Positions 26,957 to 36,179 are shown, numbered from the stretch's first letter. The stretch is 51,211 nt of DNA from Bacteroidota bacterium (GCA_039796915.1 JBDKIU010000032.1:1-51211); one strand, 5' to 3'. Notes: generated by a model from the sequence alone, not told the origin. Numbers and translations: made by a program.

Positions 26957-27696
26957 AGCTTGGTCAGTGTAGCCATGAACGCCTCTTTGCGACGCTTGCT
27001 TACATCCACCTGATGCCCGTTGGACATCACCACATAACCGCCTTCACCCCGCACGTATCGGCGAAGTTCGTTCAGGTTGATCAGGTAGCTTTTATGGACC
27101 CGGAAAAACCCACGCTGTAGAAGCAGACTTTCGAATTCGCCAATATTCTTTGAAACGGTAAGCTTTTCATCTCCTTTCATGAAAAAATAGGTGTATGCTC
27201 CGTCGCCCTTGCAATAAATCAGGTCGCGCAGTTTTACAAATACGAAGCCTTCGCTGCTGCTCAGGGCAATCTGATCTTCACCCTGGCTGCGCAGGTTTTG
27301 AATGAGCACTTCATATCGCTTTTCGGCATCGGCCGTTTTTCTTTTCTCTGCAACTTTATGCACGGCCTGGCGCAACTGGGTAACATCAATGGGCTTCAGC
27401 AGGTAATCGGCGGCATCGCTGCGAAATGCGCGGGAAGCATACTGCTCATAACCGGTGGTAAACACCAGTTCGGGTCCATCATCGGGCAATTGTTCAGCAA
27501 GGTCAAAACCGCTTTCACCATCCAGTTCCACATCCAGAAACAATACGTCCGGATTCAGGTTTCGGGTCATTTCCAGACCTTCGGCCAACGTTCCGGCCAT
27601 ACCTACAACCGTAACCTCAGGCACAAATTCACGGAGCAGCGCTGCCAGGGCCTGACGGCTGTTTGTTTCATCATCAACAATGAGTGCTTTAATCAT
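26953..27696 (-). CDS. Response regulator, REC + canonical LytTR DNA-binding domain
   Basis: LIVDDE, LFLDVEL, FTTGY and LLKP, with the LytTR block FFRVHKSYLINLNEL...VVMSNGHQVDVSKRRK. ATGA-type overlaps on both sides. Confidence 0.9.
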   Translation of the reverse strand: MIKALIVDDETNSRQALAALLREFVPEVTVVGMAGTLAEGLEMTRNLNPDVLFLDVELDGESGFDLAEQLPDDGPELVFTTGYEQYASRAFRSDAADYLLKPIDVTQLRQAVHKVAEKRKTADAEKRYEVLIQNLRSQGEDQIALSSSEGFVFVKLRDLIYCKGDGAYTYFFMKGDEKLTVSKNIGEFESLLLQRGFFRVHKSYLINLNELRRYVRGEGGYVVMSNGHQVDVSKRRKEAFMATLTKL

Positions 27697-28292
27697 AAAG
27701 ATTGGTGTTTTTTAAGTGTCAAGATGGCTCCTTTCGCAGTTTCCTTAAATTCGATTTCCGCCCCGAACAGCTGCATTCGTTCTTCGAATAATTCCATACG
27801 CAATCGCTGTTCAGACCTCAGCGTGAGGTCCTTGAACGCTGGCAGCGCCTGACTGGCCTGCACTTCAAGCTGTATGGCTCCATCCATGGCGCGTGGCGTG
27901 ACCTTCAGGACTACAGGCATGGTGGCGCGCAAAGCGCGGAACAACTGCCGTTCCAGCAAAGGCATGCACAATAAACCCGGCACCTGAAATGAAGATTGTA
28001 CTTCGTCCCATTCCAGAGAACATTCCGGTTTGTATCGCGTATGTTCCAGGGCAGCATAAGCATGCAAAGCGGCCTGTTCATCCATCCAGCTAATGTGCGG
28101 GGCGGCGCCGAGTGCACTCAGGTTTCTCAGGTAGCCGGAAAAAAGATTCAGCAGGTACAAGCCCTGTTCACGCTCGTTTGTGAGCAAGGCAAGCTGCAGC
28201 GCTGCCAAGCCATTGAATACGGCATGTGCAGCCTGATAACTCCTCAGGAGCATGAGCGTATTGCGTTCCAAGCCGGGCTGATATTGCTCCAT
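27693..28292 (-). CDS. Soluble LytS-type histidine-kinase-like protein with degenerate ATP-binding motifs (putative pseudokinase or phosphotransfer partner)
   Basis: By eye, the 199 aa are collinear with the C-terminal kinase core of the 1042-aa neighbour. AAHAVFNGL aligns with NPHFIFNSI, LLNLFSGYLRNL with LAKFSSLMRQIL, and ISWMDEQAALHAYAALEHTR with IPLDQELQSLETYLELEKLR. The N-box is LLERQLFRAL (Asn to Arg) and DNG is replaced by QAS. There is no TM or sensor domain. Confidence 0.6.
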   Translation of the reverse strand: MEQYQPGLERNTLMLLRSYQAAHAVFNGLAALQLALLTNEREQGLYLLNLFSGYLRNLSALGAAPHISWMDEQAALHAYAALEHTRYKPECSLEWDEVQSSFQVPGLLCMPLLERQLFRALRATMPVVLKVTPRAMDGAIQLEVQASQALPAFKDLTLRSEQRLRMELFEERMQLFGAEIEFKETAKGAILTLKKHQSL

Positions 28293-28391
28293 CTTCTCTT
28301 GGGAAGGTACAGCAAGCTGCCCTTTCAGGCAAAAGGAAAATAATAAGCGGGGTGAAATGGATTACCAGCGGCGGCTGGTTCCAATTTTCGC

Positions 28392-29648
28392 TCAGAGGTT
28401 CAGTACGCGTTCCAGCGGATTCTTGCCGTCGAACAGCTGCTCAGGATTTTCGAGCAGGGTTTTCACGCGGTACAGGAAACTCACACTCTCGCGGCCGTCG
28501 ATGATGCGGTGGTCGTAACTCAGGGCCACGTACATGATGGGACGAATCACCACCTGTCCGTTTTCTACAACCGGACGCTCCACAATGTTGTGCATGCCCA
28601 GAATACCGCTTTGCGGTGGATTGATGATGGGCGTGCTCATCATGCTGCCAAACACTCCGCCATTGGTAATGGTGAAGGTGCCACCGCTCATTTCATCAAT
28701 GGTAAGTTTATTGTCGCGGGCTTTACCGGCGAGGCGTTTCACTTCTTTTTCGATGTCGGCCAGACTTAACTGTTCAGCGCTGCGGATCACCGGAACCACC
28801 AAACCTTTAGGCGCTGAAACGGCAATAGAAATATCGCAGAAGTCGTGGTACACAATTTCGTCGCCTTCGATGCTGGCATTCACCGCGGGCCAATCTTTCA
28901 GAGCAATGCAAACGGCACGGGTGAAGAAGCTCATGAAGCCGAGGCCGATGCCATGTTTTTCTTCGAAAACCTTTTTGTATTTGTTGCGCAGATCCATGAC
29001 CGGCTTCATGTTTACCTCGTTGAAGGTGGTAAGCATGGCGGTTTCATTCTTGGCAGCCACCAGTCGCTTGCTGATGGTCTTGCGCAGGTTGGTCATTTTC
29101 TCACGGCGTTCACTTCTTCCGCCGGAAATAGCATCTGCTCCGCGCAGCACGCCGTGTTGCACGATGGCTTCGAGTACATCCAGCTTGGTGATGCGGCCAT
29201 TGCCGCCACTTCCCTTCACCAGGTTCACCGGAAGACCATATTGCTCCAGCAGTTGAGCAGCCACGGGTGAAATCTTGACATCGGAAGGAACAGCCGTAGC
29301 CACAGGTGCCGTTGGCGCTGTTTCCGCGGGCTTTGCCGCTACTGCTTTGGTTTCAGGAGCCTTCGCTTCTTCTTTGGCCGGCGCAGGCGCGCTGCCTTCC
29401 GGACGCTTGGCTTCTGTATTCAAAACAGCCACTACAGAACCTACCGCGATGGTATCGCCCGGCTGACCGATGAGTTTCTCAATGAGACCCGCAGCCGTGG
29501 CATTCACTTCAAAAGTGGCCTTATCGCTTTCAAACTCTGCAATGGGGTCATCCATTTCCACCCAATCGCCTTCTTTCTTCAGCCAACTGGAAATGGTTAC
29601 TTCACTGATGCTCTCACCCGGAGAGGGGACGGTGATTTCTAATGCCAT
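28392..29648 (-). CDS. sucB: 2-oxoglutarate dehydrogenase E2 component (dihydrolipoyllysine-residue succinyltransferase)
   Basis: Lipoyl domain ([11 protein letters not shown]), an Ala/Pro linker, a PSBD ([14 protein letters not shown]...[13 protein letters not shown]), and a catalytic [13 protein letters not shown] block. The start is set at ATG 29648. The track start at 29666 is a TTG lying inside the predicted -7 box. Confidence 0.9.
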   Translation of the reverse strand: MALEITVPSPGESISEVTISSWLKKEGDWVEMDDPIAEFESDKATFEVNATAAGLIEKLIGQPGDTIAVGSVVAVLNTEAKRPEGSAPAPAKEEAKAPETKAVAAKPAETAPTAPVATAVPSDVKISPVAAQLLEQYGLPVNLVKGSGGNGRITKLDVLEAIVQHGVLRGADAISGGRSERREKMTNLRKTISKRLVAAKNETAMLTTFNEVNMKPVMDLRNKYKKVFEEKHGIGLGFMSFFTRAVCIALKDWPAVNASIEGDEIVYHDFCDISIAVSAPKGLVVPVIRSAEQLSLADIEKEVKRLAGKARDNKLTIDEMSGGTFTITNGGVFGSMMSTPIINPPQSGILGMHNIVERPVVENGQVVIRPIMYVALSYDHRIIDGRESVSFLYRVKTLLENPEQLFDGKNPLERVLNL

Positions 29649-29663
29649 AAGCGGTACTGCCGG

Positions 29664-29671
29664 CAAATGTA
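29664..29671 (-). promoter_or_regulatory. Candidate -7 box TACATTTG for sucB
   Basis: The minus strand reads TACATTTG-N15-ATG(29648), a perfect consensus match. Confidence 0.45.
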
Positions 29672-29755
29672 CACAATAAGCCTTAACCTTGCTTGTTCCG
29701 CCTGTTCAGTAAGCCTTGTCTGCTGTATTTTGCAACTACTTATTATGACCTTTTT

Positions 29756-31039
29756 ATGTTTAGTATTAAAGAAGATTGGATTCATTGGATTTGGTCCTCC
29801 GGATCATTCCGCAGCCACGATTTATGCACCACCTCAGGCATTCCGGTTCAGCTCCTGAATCGCGGCTACGCCCACAGCGACGCAGGACCTGATTTCCCTG
29901 AAAGTACCCTGCGCCTGGGGCCGGCGCTTTGGGCAGGAAGTGTTGAACTGCACGTAAAGGCTTCTGACTGGAACAAACATGGACATCAGCGCGATGAAGC
30001 ATACAATACCGTGATTCTGCACGTAGTTTGGGAGCACGATGCCGACGTTCAGCGGCAGGACGGCACCACGGTGCCTTGTCTGGTATTGAAGCCTTTGGTG
30101 GATCCTGCCTTGCTGGATCGGCTGTCTGAACTTTACGCCAACAGTGGCTGGCTGGCCTGTTCTGGCATGCTGTCGCAGGTGCCGACGGAGCTGCTGGATG
30201 TGATGCGCAATGAAGCGCTCACGCAGCGCATGCTGGACAAAAGTGCACCTTTGCTGGCCTTGGCCAAAGCCTGCAACCACGATTGGGAATGGGTATTGTA
30301 TCAAACCCTCGGAGGAAATTTCGGGTTTCGCACCAATGGGCCGGCCTTTGCACAGCTTACCAGCAACCTCGATTACCGCATCCTGTTGCGGCATCGCCAC
30401 AACCCCTTTCAGCTTGAAGCCCTGTTGTTCGGCCAAAGTGGTTTGCTGCAGGGGCAAAAAGATGCGTATGCGCGCAGGCTGGGCAGGGAATACGCTTTTC
30501 TGCAACACAAATACGGCTTACAGCCCATGCAGGCTGCTGCCTGGAAATTTCTGAGGATGCGCCCCTTGAACTTTCCCACCCTGCGCATTGCCCAGTTTGC
30601 CGCGCTGATGCAAAAACACGAGCGCCTGTTTGACCGCATCCTGAATTTCCTTGATGCCGATGAGTTGCTGAAGCTTTTCGACGTAGCCGCAGAAGGATAT
30701 TGGGAAGACCATTATCGCTTCGGGTTGCCTTCGCCTCAAGGCATCAAAAGACTGGGCAGCGTTGCCGGCCTCAACATTCTGGTGAATACCGCAGCGCCCA
30801 TTATGTTTGCATACGGGCTGCACACCCACGATCAAACCCTGATGAACCGCGCCAAGATGTTACTAGAAGCCCTGCCTCCGGAGAACAATCGCATTATACG
30901 AAACTGGGCGGCAGAAGGCGTAACTGCTGCACATGCAGCCCACGGACAGGCACTTACCGGACAATGGAAACGTTTATGTGCTTCCCGCAGCTGCCTTCAA
31001 TGTGCTGCCGGTCGATTCCTCGCCGGAGGGCGCTTATGA
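29756..31039 (+). CDS. DUF2851-family protein
   Basis: EDWIHWIW...NRGYAHSDAGPDF...GSVELHVKASDWNKHGHQRDEAYNTVILHVVWEHD matches the DUF2851 N-terminal signature. ATG 29756 is preferred over the upstream TTG at 29693. Confidence 0.8.
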   Translation: MFSIKEDWIHWIWSSGSFRSHDLCTTSGIPVQLLNRGYAHSDAGPDFPESTLRLGPALWAGSVELHVKASDWNKHGHQRDEAYNTVILHVVWEHDADVQRQDGTTVPCLVLKPLVDPALLDRLSELYANSGWLACSGMLSQVPTELLDVMRNEALTQRMLDKSAPLLALAKACNHDWEWVLYQTLGGNFGFRTNGPAFAQLTSNLDYRILLRHRHNPFQLEALLFGQSGLLQGQKDAYARRLGREYAFLQHKYGLQPMQAAAWKFLRMRPLNFPTLRIAQFAALMQKHERLFDRILNFLDADELLKLFDVAAEGYWEDHYRFGLPSPQGIKRLGSVAGLNILVNTAAPIMFAYGLHTHDQTLMNRAKMLLEALPPENNRIIRNWAAEGVTAAHAAHGQALTGQWKRLCASRSCLQCAAGRFLAGGRL

Positions 31040-32484
31040 ATCAAGCTTCATGGTATAAGGTTCCCTGGTTTTGGGTGCTGCTTGTCTTTTCCTGCTGGTC
31101 CGTTTTTTACAACCTTGGCAGTTTGCCGGTTCGTTTGTGGGATGAATCCCGACAGGCCATGAACAGCCTGGAACTGCTGCAGTCTCAAAATTGGTTGTAC
31201 ACCACCTTCAACGGACAGCCAGACTTTTACAATACCAAACCGCCGCTGCTCATCTGGCTGCAGAGCGTAAGCGCAGGCATCTTCGGCTTTTCGGAATGGA
31301 GCCTGAGGCTGCCATCGGCCCTTGCAGGTCTGCTCACGGGAATGATGGTTTTTGTGTTTGTGTACAGGGAAACGCGCAACCAATGGGCCGCAGCACTGGC
31401 GGGATTCGGCCTCATGACTGCGCCGGGCTGGATGGACGAACATGTGGTGCGTACCGGCGATTACGACGCGCTTTTATGTCTTTGGCTCAGCGCCTCCTGG
31501 ATGTCCTATTACCGCTTTGAACAAACAGGCCAACAGCAATCTGCCCTGGGTTTTGCATTCTTCACTTTTCTGGCATTGTTCACCAAAAGTACCGCCGGAC
31601 TGATGCTGCTGCCCGGCATCTTCCTCTGGGGACTTGCCCGTGGAAGCCTGAAAAAGATGCTGCGACTTCCGCAGGTTTGGTGGACCAGCATCGGTTTGTT
31701 GCTGCTGCTTACTGCGTGGTACCTGGCCCATGAATACTACACGCCCGGCTACCTGAACACCGTTTGGCACAATGAAATTCAGGCGCGGTTTATGGAACCC
31801 AGCGAAGGGCACAGCGGGCCCTGGTATTATTACCTGCAGCAATTGGCCTTTACCGACTTCCCCTGGTGGCCGCTTTCCCTGGCGGGATTTGCTGTTTCTC
31901 TGTGGATGCTGCGCAGCCGGACGGCAGGTTTCGTAGCGTTTCAAGGAGGCGTTTTTCTGTTTCTGCTGAGTCTGAGCGCGACCAAAATAGAATGGTATGC
32001 AGCCCCGGTTCTGCCCATGCTTGCCGTAGGCTGCGGATTGCTGCTGGCTCCGTCACGAAACAGGATGGTGCGCCTCTGCATCTTTGCCGCCAGCCTGGCT
32101 GCCATTGGCGCGATATACAGTCAGACAACCCTGCAGCGCTTACTCGATCCGCCCGAACTGCACGCCCCAGGACCAGAAGATGAACTCAGCCTCTACCTGT
32201 TGGGAAGACATCAGCAACTGCGTCCGGATACGAATGTTCAAATTGTACGCACCGATTACAATCCTACCCTGATGCTGTACACACGCTGGCCGGGAATGAA
32301 CATCGGCATGAAAACCAAAGACTGGAAACAGCTGGACTCGGGAAGCACCTACATGGCCTGGCACGCCATACAACTGGACAGCATCCGGGCCTGGTATGAT
32401 TGCCGCCTCGTGCAACAAAGCGGACATTTACACCTGTTGGAAATCAGGGGAAGTAAAAGCACTCCTGCACAGAAAGCTGAATAA
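31036..32484 (+). CDS. GT39/ArnT-like (PMT_2, COG1807) polytopic membrane glycosyltransferase
   Basis: LWDESRQAMNSLELL...FYNTKPPLLIWLQSVSAGIFGFSEWSLRLPSALAGLL is the typical first periplasmic loop of ArnT/PMT-like GT-C enzymes. ATG 31036 overlaps the DUF2851 stop (ATGA). Confidence 0.8.
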   Translation: MNQASWYKVPWFWVLLVFSCWSVFYNLGSLPVRLWDESRQAMNSLELLQSQNWLYTTFNGQPDFYNTKPPLLIWLQSVSAGIFGFSEWSLRLPSALAGLLTGMMVFVFVYRETRNQWAAALAGFGLMTAPGWMDEHVVRTGDYDALLCLWLSASWMSYYRFEQTGQQQSALGFAFFTFLALFTKSTAGLMLLPGIFLWGLARGSLKKMLRLPQVWWTSIGLLLLLTAWYLAHEYYTPGYLNTVWHNEIQARFMEPSEGHSGPWYYYLQQLAFTDFPWWPLSLAGFAVSLWMLRSRTAGFVAFQGGVFLFLLSLSATKIEWYAAPVLPMLAVGCGLLLAPSRNRMVRLCIFAASLAAIGAIYSQTTLQRLLDPPELHAPGPEDELSLYLLGRHQQLRPDTNVQIVRTDYNPTLMLYTRWPGMNIGMKTKDWKQLDSGSTYMAWHAIQLDSIRAWYDCRLVQQSGHLHLLEIRGSKSTPAQKAE

Positions 32485-32495
32485 GATCAAGCCCT

Positions 32496-32503
32496 TAAAT
32501 TCG
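32496..32503 (+). promoter_or_regulatory. Candidate -7 box TAAATTCG, 5 nt upstream of the lhgO ATG
   Basis: Reads TAAATTCG-caggc-ATG(32509). Confidence 0.4.
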
Positions 32504-32508
32504 CAGGC

Positions 32509-33705
32509 ATGAAATACGATGCAGTGATTGTAGGCGGAGGAATAGTAGGATTGGCTACAGCCCTGCGCCTGAAGCAATCCAGACCGGAATTGCAGGTACT
32601 GATTCTTGAAAAAGAACAACAGGTGGCAGCCCATCAAACCGGACACAACAGCGGAGTGATTCACTCCGGAATCTATTACAAACCGGGAAGCCTGAAGGCA
32701 CGGAATTGCATCGAAGGATATCACCAGCTGCTGGCGTTTTGTGAAGAACAGTCCATTCCTTTTGAACGCTGTGGAAAGGTCATCGTGGCTACACGCCAGG
32801 AACAGCTACCGGCTTTAGAGCAGATTTACCAGCGCGGCGTAGAAAATGGACTCACCGGATTGCGACACCTTACCCTGGAAGAGGTGCGCGAACTTGAACC
32901 ACATTGTTCCGGCATCAAAGGTGTTTTTGTTCCCCAAACCGGAATCGTGGATTACAAAAAAGTTGCCGAAAAGATGGCTGATGTGTTCTGCAGCCTGGGC
33001 GGAACCATCCACTTCGACAGCGCCGTTACCGCGGTAAAACCCGCAGCAAACGCTACCATCATCAGCACCAAAAAGGAACAGTATGAAGCTCGCCTGATGA
33101 TCAATTGCGCAGGCCTGTATTGCGATAAAATTGCCGCCATGGCCGGACAAAACCTGGATGTGCGCATCATTCCGTTCCGCGGAGAATATTACGCCATCCG
33201 CCCGGAGAAGGCCGGTTTGGTCAAGAACCTCATCTATCCGGTTCCTGATCCCAACTTCCCATTTTTGGGCGTGCACTTCACCCGGCGCATCAGCGGAGAA
33301 ATTGAAGCCGGGCCAAACGCAGTGCTGGCCTACAGTCGTGAAGGCTATACCAAAAGCGACATCAACTGGGGCGAACTTTGGGAAAGCCTGAGTTGGAAAG
33401 GCTTCCGCAAGGTGGCTTCCAAATACTGGCAAACCGGGCTTGGCGAGTTGTACCGTTCTTACAGCAAACGCGCTTTCACCAAAGCACTGCAGGAACTGGT
33501 ACCTGAAATACAGATGAACGACCTGGAACCCGCCGGTGCCGGGGTGAGGGCTCAGGCCTGTGACCGAAATGGCGGCCTTATCGATGATTTTGTGATTCGC
33601 GAAGATGTGGGCTGCATTCATGTGCTGAACGCACCTTCGCCCGCAGCAACCAGCAGCCTAAGCATTGGCAAGAGCGTATCTGAGCTCGCCCTGAACAGAC
33701 TCTGA
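32509..33705 (+). CDS. lhgO: FAD-dependent L-2-hydroxyglutarate oxidase/dehydrogenase
   Basis: YDAVIVGGGIVGLATA dinucleotide fold, then AAHQTGHNSGVIHSGIYYKPGSLKA, which is typical of the LhgO/YgaF family. Confidence 0.8.
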   Translation: MKYDAVIVGGGIVGLATALRLKQSRPELQVLILEKEQQVAAHQTGHNSGVIHSGIYYKPGSLKARNCIEGYHQLLAFCEEQSIPFERCGKVIVATRQEQLPALEQIYQRGVENGLTGLRHLTLEEVRELEPHCSGIKGVFVPQTGIVDYKKVAEKMADVFCSLGGTIHFDSAVTAVKPAANATIISTKKEQYEARLMINCAGLYCDKIAAMAGQNLDVRIIPFRGEYYAIRPEKAGLVKNLIYPVPDPNFPFLGVHFTRRISGEIEAGPNAVLAYSREGYTKSDINWGELWESLSWKGFRKVASKYWQTGLGELYRSYSKRAFTKALQELVPEIQMNDLEPAGAGVRAQACDRNGGLIDDFVIREDVGCIHVLNAPSPAATSSLSIGKSVSELALNRL

Positions 33706-33717
33706 GTATTTTACCCC

Positions 33718-34332
33718 ATGGAAAAGCAGCAGTTGTGCGACATCCTGAAAAAATACATGCCTGAACAGGTGGTGGATTATGCCGCACACTACATGCTTGA
33801 ACACCGCATACATCTGCGCATTGCCAAACCCCGAAAGAGCATTCGCGGTAATTATATGCCACCTTCGGAAAACGGGCAGCACCGGATTTCCGTGAACCGC
33901 GACCTGAATCCATACGCCTTCACCATTACCTTTTTTCATGAAATCGCGCATCTGACCAACTGGAACACACACCAGTTCCGCGTGATGGCACATGGACCGG
34001 AATGGAAACAGGAATTTCGCCGCGTGATGACACCGGTCAGCACCGCGCGGATTCTTCCTGCCGATGTGCAAACGGCGCTCGACAATTACCTGAGCCGCCC
34101 TAAAGCCAGCACCTGCAGCGACCCTAATTTGCTGCGCACCCTGCGCCGCTACGACAAACAAACAGGACAAAACCTTGTGGAAGAATTGCCGCCCGGAAGT
34201 TTGTTCCGCCTGGAAAATGGATTGGTGCTGCGGAAGGGCGAAAAGCGGAAAACACGATACCTGTGCGCAGAACACCTCAGCGGAAAACCATACCTGGTCC
34301 ATGGCTTAGCCGTTTGCGAACGGATAACCTGA
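33718..34332 (+). CDS. SprT-like zinc metalloprotease domain protein
   Basis: HExxH in the context TFFHEIAHLTNW. About 200 aa, the usual size of Bacteroidota SprT-like proteins. Confidence 0.7.
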   Translation: MEKQQLCDILKKYMPEQVVDYAAHYMLEHRIHLRIAKPRKSIRGNYMPPSENGQHRISVNRDLNPYAFTITFFHEIAHLTNWNTHQFRVMAHGPEWKQEFRRVMTPVSTARILPADVQTALDNYLSRPKASTCSDPNLLRTLRRYDKQTGQNLVEELPPGSLFRLENGLVLRKGEKRKTRYLCAEHLSGKPYLVHGLAVCERIT

Positions 34333-34380
34333 ATACAGGAGTTTCAAAGGTTCACAGATTTTTACGAACTTTGCCGGCTT

Positions 34381-36081
34381 ATGGAATACCGTTGGAGTGC
34401 CAAACCTCAACCACCTGCTGATAAGGTGGCACTGTTAACGGAAACGCTCAACATCCACCCCAAACTTTCTTCCATCCTCGTTCAACGGGATATTTCTGAT
34501 CCGGAAGAGGCCATGCGCTTCTTCGAACCCAAGATGGAACACCTGCACGATCCGTTCCTCATGAAGGATATGGATCTGGCCATTCACCGCATAGAACAGG
34601 CCATCAAAGACAAAGAAGGTATTCTGGTGTATGGTGATTACGATGTGGACGGCACTACTGCGGTTTCCATCGTGTATCAGTTCTTCAGGTCTTTTAACCC
34701 GCGGATGGATTATTACATCCCCGACAGGTACAAAGAAGGTTACGGCATTTCACGTCAGGGCATTGCCTTCGCCAAAGAAAATGGATATTCCCTGATTATT
34801 GCACTGGATTGCGGCGTGCGCAGCAACGAACTGGTGGAAGAAGCGAAAGCTCAGGGCATAGATTTCATCATTTGTGACCACCACCTGCCCGGCGCAACCA
34901 TTCCCAAGGCTGTTGCGGTTTTAGACCCCAAGCGCCTGGACTGCACTTATCCATACAAAGAGCTTTCCGGCTGCGGCATTGGCTTTAAACTCATTCAGGC
35001 ATATATACAGAAAACCGGCATGGATCCTTCACTGCTGGATGAATACCTGGACCTGGTGGCGGTGAGTATTGCCAGCGACATCGTGGACATTCGCGGGGAA
35101 AACAGGGTGCTGGCTTATTTCGGGCTGAAGAAGCTGAATAATGATCCCTGCATCGGACTTCAATCATTGCTCCACAACTATGTGATGAAGGATGAATACA
35201 CCATCACCGACATCGTGTTTGGTGTAGGCCCGCGCATCAACGCAGCCGGACGCATTGCCGATGCACGCGCAGCCGTGAAGGTGCTTATTGAAAAAGATTT
35301 CAATACATCCATGCAGCTGGCCAAGGTGCTGAACGACCGAAATGTGGAACGCAAAGACCTGGACAGCGACATCACGCGAGAAGCGGTAAACATGATCCTG
35401 AACTCCGAGGAGCTGCTGCAAAAACGCAGCACCGTGCTCTTCGGCGAACATTGGCATAAAGGAGTTATTGGCATCGTGGCCAGCAGGCTGGTAGAGCAGT
35501 TTTATAAGCCTACCATCGTGTTCAGCCGCACCGACCAGATGCTCACCGGATCTGCGCGCAGCGTGAAGGACTTCGACATCCATGAAGCCATTGGCAAATG
35601 CGGTGACCTGGTAGAACAGTTCGGCGGTCATAAATACGCAGCAGGATTAAGTATTAAATCTGAAAATCTGCCTGCATTTATGGAGCGTTTCGAAGCCATT
35701 GTTCAGGAAGATATCAGCGAACACAGCCTGGTTCCAGAGATTGAATATGATGTAGAATTAAATCTCACCGACATCACTAAAGATTTCTACCAGTCAATTT
35801 TAAAACTGGCGCCATTTGGGCCGGGAAATATGCTGCCGGTGTTCAAAACTTCAAACCTTTGCGCTCAGGGAAATGCGCGCATTCTTAAAGAAAAACACCT
35901 GAAAGTTCAGGTGTACCAAAACGGATTGCACATGGACGGCATTGGATTCGGGCTTGCCGATGCCTATAACCATGTAGCAGGCAACAACCGTTTTCATGCT
36001 GCTTATTGTATTGAAGAAAATACCTTCAACAACCGCACAACGCTGCAACTCAGGCTAAAGGATATTAAAGCCGTTTCCTAA
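34381..36081 (+). CDS. recJ: Single-stranded-DNA-specific exonuclease RecJ
   Basis: DHH motifs (VYGDYDVDGTT, DCG, ICDHH) and a DHHA1 block (FGGHKYAAG). Confidence 0.95.
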   Translation: MEYRWSAKPQPPADKVALLTETLNIHPKLSSILVQRDISDPEEAMRFFEPKMEHLHDPFLMKDMDLAIHRIEQAIKDKEGILVYGDYDVDGTTAVSIVYQFFRSFNPRMDYYIPDRYKEGYGISRQGIAFAKENGYSLIIALDCGVRSNELVEEAKAQGIDFIICDHHLPGATIPKAVAVLDPKRLDCTYPYKELSGCGIGFKLIQAYIQKTGMDPSLLDEYLDLVAVSIASDIVDIRGENRVLAYFGLKKLNNDPCIGLQSLLHNYVMKDEYTITDIVFGVGPRINAAGRIADARAAVKVLIEKDFNTSMQLAKVLNDRNVERKDLDSDITREAVNMILNSEELLQKRSTVLFGEHWHKGVIGIVASRLVEQFYKPTIVFSRTDQMLTGSARSVKDFDIHEAIGKCGDLVEQFGGHKYAAGLSIKSENLPAFMERFEAIVQEDISEHSLVPEIEYDVELNLTDITKDFYQSILKLAPFGPGNMLPVFKTSNLCAQGNARILKEKHLKVQVYQNGLHMDGIGFGLADAYNHVAGNNRFHAAYCIEENTFNNRTTLQLRLKDIKAVS

Positions 36082-36111
36082 TTCATAGAAGATTCCCGGC
36101 AAGATTGGGCA

Positions 36112-36137
36112 GTTGCTTCGGCCAACCTTGCTTTTTG
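36112..36137 (+). terminator. Possible weak terminator after recJ
   Basis: An imperfect hairpin gttgc-ttcg-gccaac followed a few nt later by ttttt. The stem is short and has a bulge. Confidence 0.25.
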
Positions 36138-36179
36138 TGCAAACGTGATGCAGGTCATATCGACTTTTGCGGATACAGA

